The notes under the pieces are model-generated. The model had not been told where the DNA came from and made no database searches. It saw only the letters and a program-made list of their open reading frames with translations. The translations under genes were made by a program, and so were the position numbers. Shown here piece after piece: positions 41,597-48,161 of a stretch of 48,161 nucleotides of DNA (the stretch's first letter is position 1; every line of letters starts with the position of its first letter). The stretch is from a bacterium (GTDB lineage Bacteria; Verrucomicrobiota; Kiritimatiellia; RFP12; CAIWXQ01): NCBI GenBank assembly GCA_037144015.1, contig JBAWXQ010000001.1, positions 1 to 48,161 of the forward strand, in the 5' to 3' direction.

Positions 41597-42357
41597 ACCG
41601 CATTCTTTTCGAGCCGAACGAACTCCTGCCTGACGGAACGGTGCGCCTGACCGACGCCCGTGCCGCGCACATCCGCGGCGTGCTGGGTGCAGACATCGGA
41701 CGCATCCTGCAGGTTGGCATGGTGGACGGGATGGCCGGCACCGGGCGCGTGATGGAGGACAGCCCGGACGGCCTGCTCCTGGCGGTGACGCTGAACGTTG
41801 CGGCCCCGGCGCCCTGGATCGACCTGATCCTGGCCGTGCCGCGGCCCAAGGTCCTCAAGCGGCTGTGGGCGCAGCTGGCCGCGCTCGGGGTGGGGCGCAT
41901 CGTCCTGATCCGTGCGGCGCGCGTGGAGCGCGAGTATTTTGCCACGCACTGGATCGAGGAGGCCCACTACCGGCCGCTGCTGATCGAGGGGCTGACGCAG
42001 GCGGGAACCACGCGCCTGCCCACGGTTTCCGTGGAGCGCCGCTTCCGGCCGTACATCGAGGACCGCCTGGACGCGGCGTTCGCCGGCAGCCTGCGGCTGG
42101 TGGCGCATCCGGGCGCGGCCGCCTGCCCGCCCGCAGCGGATTTTCAGGCGCGACGCATCCTGCTGGCCGTCGGCCCGGAAGGCGGCTGGACGCCGTTTGA
42201 AATCGACCTCCTCGCGCAGCACGGATTCGCCGCGCTCTCCATGGGTGCGCGCACGCTTCGCACGGATACCGCCTGCATTGCCCTGCTGGCGGTGCTGGCC
42301 TTCCTGCACGGGGACGAATCGGAAACCCGGGAAGCCCGGAAGCGGTGCAGAGCGTGA
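41593..42357 (+). CDS. rsmE: 16S rRNA (uracil1498-N3)-methyltransferase
   Basis: LILAVPRPKVL, and C-terminal LAVGPEGGWTPFEIDLL...GARTLRTDTA. GTG start overlapping the dapF stop. Confidence 0.9.
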   Translation: MNRILFEPNELLPDGTVRLTDARAAHIRGVLGADIGRILQVGMVDGMAGTGRVMEDSPDGLLLAVTLNVAAPAPWIDLILAVPRPKVLKRLWAQLAALGVGRIVLIRAARVEREYFATHWIEEAHYRPLLIEGLTQAGTTRLPTVSVERRFRPYIEDRLDAAFAGSLRLVAHPGAAACPPAADFQARRILLAVGPEGGWTPFEIDLLAQHGFAALSMGARTLRTDTACIALLAVLAFLHGDESETREARKRCRA

Positions 42358-42368
42358 AGGGGAAAGCC

Positions 42369-44156
42369 ATGGATCGATTGGCGCCGGCGAAACCGAACGA
42401 GGCGGACAGCTTCTGCTCCCGCTGGCACCTGTGGCTGCTGGGTGCGATCCTGCTGGCCTACGTGCTGATCGCCTGGCAGGCGATTCATGCCCCGCTGGTC
42501 GTGGGGGACGATACGGCGGAAATGGCCTATCTGCGCTCCCGGCCATCGATCAGCAGCCTGCTGCAGATGGATTGCTTCTTCTTCTTCCGGCCGGTCAAGA
42601 ATCTCCTATTTCTCGGCTTTGATGCGCTCCTGCCGCTGGGCATGGCCGCCAGCCGGCTGCTGGCCGTGGCCATCGGCCTGGCCAGCGCCGCCGCCGTGTA
42701 CGCCCTGTTCCGCCGCCTGCTGCCGTCGGCGCTCGCCGGCCTCTCGGCCATCGCCTGCTGGCTGCTCGCGCCGACCCTGCTGTCGTGCACGGCCTGGCTG
42801 AGCTGCGTCAACATACAGGTCATGGCCGGGTTTGCCGCCGTGGCCATCCTGCTGTGGCTTGCGGCGCAGGAAGCCGCCGGCAGGCTCCGGCAGCGCTGCC
42901 TGGCCGGTTCCTGGATGGCCACCCTTCTGGCCGTGCTCTGCTACGAGGGCGCCGTATGCCTCCCCGTGGTGATCCTGCTGATCGACTTCTATCTGTACCC
43001 GGATCGCCTCTGCGGCGGCCGGGCCTGGCGCACATACCTTGTGCCCGTCTCAGCCGTAATCCTGTACCTGCTGCTGCGCACGGTCCGCACAACCGCGGCG
43101 CACCAGATCTTTTCGCCCAACTTCGGCGAACTGGCGGACGGACAGATTTGTGCGGCGGCGCCCTGGTTTTTCTTCCAGCATCTCTCGATCTGGCTGTGGC
43201 CGTTCAACCGGCAGGCGATCCTGGGCGGATACGTGCCGGGGCAGGCTTCGCTGCTGGCGCTCGGGTGTGCGTGGGCCGGAGGCCTCGTGCTGGCAGCCGG
43301 GTGCCTGCTGCTGCGGCGTCGCCTGCCTTTTGCGGCGCTGGGCGTGGCGTGGTGCCTGACGGCATTCCTGCCCATGAGCAACATCCTGGCCTTTCGCAAC
43401 GGGCCGTACGGCGACTATTACCTGGCCCTGGCGAGCATGGGATTGGCGCTCGCCTTCGGATGGGGCATCGGGATGCTGACCGGGCGCGGCCGGCGCGCGC
43501 GCGGCGCGCTGCTGGTGCTGGCGGCACTGGCGGTCTGGCGCCTCGCCGCCGCGGGCGAGAGCTTCGCCTGGGCGCGGGCCTGGAACGACCCGGAGGAGAT
43601 CGCCCGGCGCACGCTCCAGACCTTTCCGCGCGCCTTCAGCGTGATCAACGAATGCGCCCGCTTCCGGTACCGCGCGGGAGCGTATGACGAGTGCCAGGCC
43701 CTGACGGATCGGGCGCTCGCCATCTCGCCGCGCAGCCGCGAGGCGCATGAGCTGCGCGCGCTGGTTGCGGCCCGGCATGGCAACGCCGCGCTGGCGCAGC
43801 GTGAGCTCGACCGGGTCATGGAATACGGTGGCGCGGATCGATCCTGGAGCTGGTATTTCCAGGGGTTTCTCCTCGACGAGCATCGCGGCGACACAAACGG
43901 CGCCGTCCGCTGTTACCGGCAGGCGATCGCCAAGCGGGCCGGGTGGAGCCCGGATGTGCTCGATGCCATGACGGCCTTGGCGTATCATGCCATCCATCGC
44001 GGCGAGCGGGGCGAGGCGATTGCGCTCTGGGAGCAGGTGGTGCAGATCGATCCGGCACGCACCCGCGAGCGTCAGAACCTGATCCGGGCCTACGGCGAAG
44101 CTGGCGACCGAGCCAAAGCGCAGCAGCATCGGCAACGGCTTTCACAGCAGCCATAA
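42369..44156 (+). CDS. Polytopic membrane protein with C-terminal TPR repeats (GT-C/PMT/TMTC-like architecture)
   Basis: About 10 hydrophobic segments over ~400 aa, then TPR-like helices (ECQALTDRALAISPRSREAHELRALV..., AIALWEQVVQIDP...). Start at the ATG at 42369 after GAAGGGGAAAG. Confidence 0.6.
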   Translation: MDRLAPAKPNEADSFCSRWHLWLLGAILLAYVLIAWQAIHAPLVVGDDTAEMAYLRSRPSISSLLQMDCFFFFRPVKNLLFLGFDALLPLGMAASRLLAVAIGLASAAAVYALFRRLLPSALAGLSAIACWLLAPTLLSCTAWLSCVNIQVMAGFAAVAILLWLAAQEAAGRLRQRCLAGSWMATLLAVLCYEGAVCLPVVILLIDFYLYPDRLCGGRAWRTYLVPVSAVILYLLLRTVRTTAAHQIFSPNFGELADGQICAAAPWFFFQHLSIWLWPFNRQAILGGYVPGQASLLALGCAWAGGLVLAAGCLLLRRRLPFAALGVAWCLTAFLPMSNILAFRNGPYGDYYLALASMGLALAFGWGIGMLTGRGRRARGALLVLAALAVWRLAAAGESFAWARAWNDPEEIARRTLQTFPRAFSVINECARFRYRAGAYDECQALTDRALAISPRSREAHELRALVAARHGNAALAQRELDRVMEYGGADRSWSWYFQGFLLDEHRGDTNGAVRCYRQAIAKRAGWSPDVLDAMTALAYHAIHRGERGEAIALWEQVVQIDPARTRERQNLIRAYGEAGDRAKAQQHRQRLSQQP

Positions 44157-44248
44157 CGCGCGGCGGACAACCGCCCGCAAACAGAACCGCGTGTCACGCG
44201 TCGTTGGCATCAGGGCAACCGCGGAACGCGGATTCCGGAAGGGAACCG

Positions 44249-45037
44249 ATGGATACGAAGGGCGAATGGGTATACGGCCGGCGGCCGGTGGCCGAGGTGC
44301 TGCATGCGAAGCGCCGGCACATCTACGAGGCGGTGCTTCCCAGCGGCGGGCGTGACAGCCCGGATGTGGCGGAACTGCGTACGCTGCTGCTGGCCGCCGG
44401 GGTGCCGCTGCATGCCTTGCAGCGGCAGGAGCTGGACCTGCTGTCTGCCGGCGGCAACCACCAGGGCGTGGCCCTGCGCGTGGGCGGCTATCCCTACATC
44501 GGCCTGGAGCAGGTGGCGCACGATGTCCGGGCGCAGCCGCAGGCGCTCGTGCTGCTGCTGGATCACATCGAGGATCCGCAGAATGTCGGCGCCCTGCTGC
44601 GCAGCGCCGAGGCCGCGGGCGTCATCGGCGTGATCCTGCCGGAGGATCGCGCGGCCGGCATCACCCCGGCCGTGGTGCGGGCTTCGGCAGGAGCATCGGA
44701 ACACCTGCGGATTGCCAGGACCGTCAACCTGGTCCGCGCCATGAAGCAGCTGCAGGAGGCCGGAGCCTGGCTGGCGGGGCTGGACATGGGCGAGGACGCG
44801 CGGCTGTACACGGAGGTGGACTTCAAGGGGCGCATGGGCATTGTCGTCGGCGCCGAGGGGCAGGGGATCGGACGCCTGGTGCGCGAAAGCTGCGATTTCA
44901 TCGCACGCATCCCCATGACGGGCAGGGTCGCCTCGCTCAACGCCAGTGTGGCGGGCGCGCTGGTGATGTTCGAGGCCGTGCGGCAGCGGACGGGCCGGCA
45001 GGAAACAAAATTGCCGGCAGGAAAACCTATCGCTTGA
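44249..45037 (+). CDS. rlmB: 23S rRNA (guanosine2251-2'-O)-methyltransferase, SpoU/TrmH family
   Basis: GRRPVAEVL, NHQGVAL, LDHIEDPQNVGALLRSAEAAGV, IVVGAEGQGI and IPMTGRVASLNASVAGAL. Confidence 0.9.
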   Translation: MDTKGEWVYGRRPVAEVLHAKRRHIYEAVLPSGGRDSPDVAELRTLLLAAGVPLHALQRQELDLLSAGGNHQGVALRVGGYPYIGLEQVAHDVRAQPQALVLLLDHIEDPQNVGALLRSAEAAGVIGVILPEDRAAGITPAVVRASAGASEHLRIARTVNLVRAMKQLQEAGAWLAGLDMGEDARLYTEVDFKGRMGIVVGAEGQGIGRLVRESCDFIARIPMTGRVASLNASVAGALVMFEAVRQRTGRQETKLPAGKPIA

Positions 45038-46955
45038 GCCAGGCGCCGAAACTGGCGAGGCGCCGGGGGGCGCCGGATCCGGGCGCGGCTTCCTTGATGT
45101 CGCCGGCGCGGTTTTCGGGGCTGATGCCGGCGGCGCGCTCAAGCTCCTCAATGCGGCGGTGCAGCGCCTGCTGCGTGGCCTGAAACTGCTCGCGGTCCTG
45201 GTCGCGGATGCGGCGCTCCTGGGCGAGCTCCTGTTCGCGGCGGCGGATGGTCTCCATCAGCTCGAACTTCCTGCCGCCCTCCATGTCCGTGGCTTCCAGC
45301 AGGCTGCGCAGGCGGGTCTCCTCGGTCTCCAGCACGCGGACGCGGCGGAGCAGTTCGGCTTCCCGCTCCTCAAAATGCTTGGTCTCCTTCTGCTGCTCCT
45401 CCCGGAGCAGGTCAACCTCGTTCTGCATGCGGGACGGATCCAGGCCGGACATGCGCTGTGCGGCGGTTGAGGGGCGACGCCCGTCGGGGTGGGGGTGGTT
45501 TCCGGACAGCAGCCGCTGGATGGCCTGGATGCGTGACTGGATTGTTTCCTGCCGCACGGCGCTGAGCGACTTGAAATCGTTGAACGACTGCCGCTCTTCG
45601 TGCAGCGCCTTGTCGAGCGTGGTCAGTTCATCGGTTGCAAACTGCCGCAGCCACCCCTCCGCCTCCGGCGCCGCCGCTGCGGCATGCTCCGGCAGGCGGG
45701 CCAGCCGCCCCTGCAGCTCGGCGATGCGGCTGCGCGCCGTCGCCAGCTCGGCGGTCAGGCGGGCTTCGCGCTCGCTGGCGGTTCCGAGTTCATTCAGGCG
45801 GGCGTCCAGACCGGTCTTCACCGTTTCCAGCTCCTCGATGCGCAACCGGCTGGCCAGGTCGCGCTCATTGGACGACGCGAGCAGCTCCGCGATTGCGGCG
45901 CGCTCCGCTGTCAGGGCCTGGTCGGTCTGCGCCAGCTCCGTGCGCAGACCTGCGGTGACCGCCTCGAGCTGCTCCACGCGCCGGCGCAGCTCGCCGTTGG
46001 CGGCCTCATTGGTCGCATCCGTGGCCGCGCTCATGGCCACGCCGAGCTGCTGCTGCAGCTTCTCACGCTCGGCGGCGACCTTGTGCCGCTCGGTCTCCAG
46101 CTGTCCCACCTGGCTGGCCAATTCCGCCGCGCGCTTGTCGAGCTTGACCATCTTGGCAAGCAGGGACTTGTTTTCCGCCTGTGCATCCGCCAGATCCTTC
46201 TCCAGCTGCTGGATGCGGGCGCGCAGGACTTCCGCGTCGCGGTCCAGCACGCGGCGCTCATCCTCGGCCTGACGGCGGAGCTCTTCCATTGCCTGCCGGG
46301 AATCATCCCCGGCGTCGCGGCTGCCGGCTTCCGGAATCAGCTCCAGCATGGGGTGCGACGCGGCCTCTTCCTGCTCCTGCCGCAGGCGCGTGACTTCCTG
46401 CTTGAGACCATCCAGCTTGCGCTCGCGCTTTTGGGCATCCTTTTCCGCGTTTGCCCGGACGTTCTCCAGTTGCGCCTGCAACTCCTGCATCTGCTTGCGC
46501 AGCGCATCGCGCTCATCCTCGATTGCGCCCTGGCTCTTGCCGGCCTGCCGGGCGGGGGCGCTGGCCTCCCGCCTGACTTCCGGTGCGGGTGCCAGGGTGT
46601 CCGGAGACTCCGCCGGATCGGCCGTGCGCGGGGCGAGCCGTGCGGGGTCGACCTCCTTGGCCTGGATCAGCTTGGCGCCGGACGGCGCCTTGCCGCTTTT
46701 CAGGAAAGTTTCCGCGGCGTTGCGGTTGAAGGGGCCTTCGGTCTTGGCTCCGGCATTGACGTACCAGTCCATCTCAAGTTCCGGGACGGTTTCAGCCGAG
46801 ATCCAGGTTTCGCGGTCATTCGACACTTCGTTGCCGGGAACGATTCGCCCCTGCTCCGCCCAGACGATCAGGCCTTTGGTGGAGACCGGGCCGAACACGG
46901 TCCCGCCGGCAATGCGAAGAAACCACTGGTTCAAATCAACTTTTTCGTTCGCCAT
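45027..46955 (-). CDS. GYF_2-domain (x2) protein with a ~480-aa coiled coil (642 aa)
   Basis: WFLRIAGGTVFGPVSTKGLIVWAEQGRIVPGNEVSNDRETWISAETVPELEMDW followed by a second degenerate GYF-like unit. Then long E/R/Q/L/A heptad-rich sequence. AAGGA SD. Confidence 0.75.
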   Translation of the reverse strand: MANEKVDLNQWFLRIAGGTVFGPVSTKGLIVWAEQGRIVPGNEVSNDRETWISAETVPELEMDWYVNAGAKTEGPFNRNAAETFLKSGKAPSGAKLIQAKEVDPARLAPRTADPAESPDTLAPAPEVRREASAPARQAGKSQGAIEDERDALRKQMQELQAQLENVRANAEKDAQKRERKLDGLKQEVTRLRQEQEEAASHPMLELIPEAGSRDAGDDSRQAMEELRRQAEDERRVLDRDAEVLRARIQQLEKDLADAQAENKSLLAKMVKLDKRAAELASQVGQLETERHKVAAEREKLQQQLGVAMSAATDATNEAANGELRRRVEQLEAVTAGLRTELAQTDQALTAERAAIAELLASSNERDLASRLRIEELETVKTGLDARLNELGTASEREARLTAELATARSRIAELQGRLARLPEHAAAAAPEAEGWLRQFATDELTTLDKALHEERQSFNDFKSLSAVRQETIQSRIQAIQRLLSGNHPHPDGRRPSTAAQRMSGLDPSRMQNEVDLLREEQQKETKHFEEREAELLRRVRVLETEETRLRSLLEATDMEGGRKFELMETIRRREQELAQERRIRDQDREQFQATQQALHRRIEELERAAGISPENRAGDIKEAAPGSGAPRRLASFGAWLKR

Positions 46956-46976
46956 GCGGGTATCCTTGCGATGCGC

Positions 46977-48074
46977 TTATCCCTTGGGGCGTCCCTTGAA
47001 CAAGGAGCCGCCCTTGCTGCCAAGCTGGCGCAGTTCGCGCTGCGCCTGTGCCTCCAGGTCGGCCAGCGACATGCCCGGCTTGACGCCTCCGGCCGGTGTT
47101 GCCAGGGGCGGCGGGCCGTCCTTGGCCGTGCCGGCGGACGGGGCAGGGGCATCGACGATTTCAGCGTCGGTGGCCTCTTCCATGCTCCCCAGCGACGAGC
47201 TGGCCTGCTGCAAAAGCTTGCGCGCGGATTCCAGCCGGAGCTTCAGCGAGCGGACGCTGTCGCGCAGCGATCCGGTTTCGCGGTCGTGGTTGGCCACGAG
47301 CTCCTTCAGCAGGGCGGTGTTGCGCTCCGCTTCGCGCTGGAGATTGCGGGCCTGCTCCAGCTGTTCGCGCACCTGCACGGCCTGGCGCGCATGCTCGGAT
47401 GCAGCGCGCTCGGCATCGGCCAGCCTGGCTTCCAGCGCCTGCCGGTCGCGGGCAAGCTGCTCCGTGCGCTGCACGTCCGCTTCCAGGGCCGCAATCCGGC
47501 CGTCGCGCTTGAGAAGCTCAGCCTGCAGTCGGGCATGGGATGCCTTTTGCTCCTGGCGCTCGGCGTCGAACTCGAGGTCGCGTGCGCCCAGGGCGGAGCG
47601 GGACTGCTCCTGCGCGTTGCGCGCGGCCGTCAGCTGGGTTTCCAGTTCGGCAACCCGGCTGGACAGCTGCTGCTGCAGTTCACGCACGCGGCTTTCGAGC
47701 TGTTGCTCCTGCGCGGACGGGCCGCGCGGGGCCGAGGAGCCGCGCTGAAACTTGGGTGCCGCCGCGCTGATCGAGCCCTCCCGGACAAGCTCGGCCATGG
47801 CCTCCTTGTGAATGGGGCCGTAAAACGAACCGGGCGTCACTTCGGCCACCCAGTCCATCTCGAGCTCGGACATCGAGGTCACCGCAATCCAGTCCTGGCT
47901 GTCGTCGCAGATCTGATGCGTGGGCGCGAGTCGACCATCCTTTGCCCAGGCCTTGAGGGTGGCCAGGTCGGCGGGGCCGAAGATGTCGCCCTTTTCCGTG
48001 CGGATGCGCCACATGCGTCTGGCGGCGTCCGGGGGCGTCTTGTCGACGATGGAAGAACTGTTTTTGCTGGTCAT
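46977..48074 (-). CDS. GYF_2-domain (x2) coiled-coil protein, shorter paralogue (365 aa)
   Basis: WRIRTEKGDIFGPADLATLKAWAKDGRLAPTHQICDDSQDWIAVTSMSELEMDW plus a second unit, then ~180 aa of coiled coil. ATG at 48074 (GTG at 48080 also possible). 21 nt upstream of its paralogue. Confidence 0.75.
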   Translation of the reverse strand: MTSKNSSSIVDKTPPDAARRMWRIRTEKGDIFGPADLATLKAWAKDGRLAPTHQICDDSQDWIAVTSMSELEMDWVAEVTPGSFYGPIHKEAMAELVREGSISAAAPKFQRGSSAPRGPSAQEQQLESRVRELQQQLSSRVAELETQLTAARNAQEQSRSALGARDLEFDAERQEQKASHARLQAELLKRDGRIAALEADVQRTEQLARDRQALEARLADAERAASEHARQAVQVREQLEQARNLQREAERNTALLKELVANHDRETGSLRDSVRSLKLRLESARKLLQQASSSLGSMEEATDAEIVDAPAPSAGTAKDGPPPLATPAGGVKPGMSLADLEAQAQRELRQLGSKGGSLFKGRPKG

Positions 48075-48161
48075 GTTCACACGTGGCCGTGAGGTGTCTG
48101 CAGGCTATGCCGGTTGTCCGATACCTTACACCAACGAACGCGGCGTGTGCAACGCGGGACT

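Noticed and set aside
45600-48092. 830-aa ORF on the plus strand opposite the two GYF/coiled-coil genes
   Set aside because: Leu/Gln/Arg-rich mirror image of a coiled coil that runs through the 21-nt intergenic gap. The minus-strand frames carry the GYF_2 domains, SD sequences and GC-rich third positions.

Overview
GC-rich chromosomal segment (roughly two-thirds G+C by eye, not computed) from a diderm bacterium. Gene content and repeat style hint at a PVC-group organism, but that is inference only. I call about 40 protein genes, nearly all recognisable housekeeping functions, and 4 tRNAs (Asp-GTC, Glu-TTC, Val-CAC, Leu-CAG). The left third is an envelope-biogenesis supercluster: ydbH-ynbE-ydbL, pgpA, kdsB, kdsA, an lptC-like gene, lptA and lptB, then hpf-ptsH-ptsI with no rpoN or ptsN. 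Next come an M28 peptidase, a parB without parA behind argC, nadB, folE, a HIBADH-type dehydrogenase, a porin-gene remnant, and amtB-glnK with a sigma-54-type promoter beside an AT-rich island. A polyol/sugar locus follows: a SorE-like dehydrogenase, a PfkB kinase, and mtlD carrying an in-frame N-terminal fragment of a lyxose-isomerase-type cupin. The rest is nfo, dapA-dapB-folK, hom-lysC, valS, a membrane NERD protein, prc, dapF, rsmE, a TMTC-like TPR membrane protein, rlmB and two tandem paralogous GYF_2/coiled-coil proteins. I saw no CRISPR array, transposase, integrase or recognisable defence operon. The unusual signal is non-coding, because almost every intergenic spacer is occupied by palindromic repeat families. 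(i) A ~61-bp CTAG-bounded hairpin element (6 copies) has terminal CTAGs that supply the TAG stop of five reading frames, and one copy is nested in another repeat with a CTAG duplication. (ii) A ~225-bp composite CACAGAG/CTCTGTG element. (iii) REP-like GTAGGAGCGC... hairpins. (iv) Inverted arrays of heptamer repeats. (v) Several small hairpin families begin inside stop codons. Most long ORFs in the six-frame track are antisense artefacts of the GC-rich genome.
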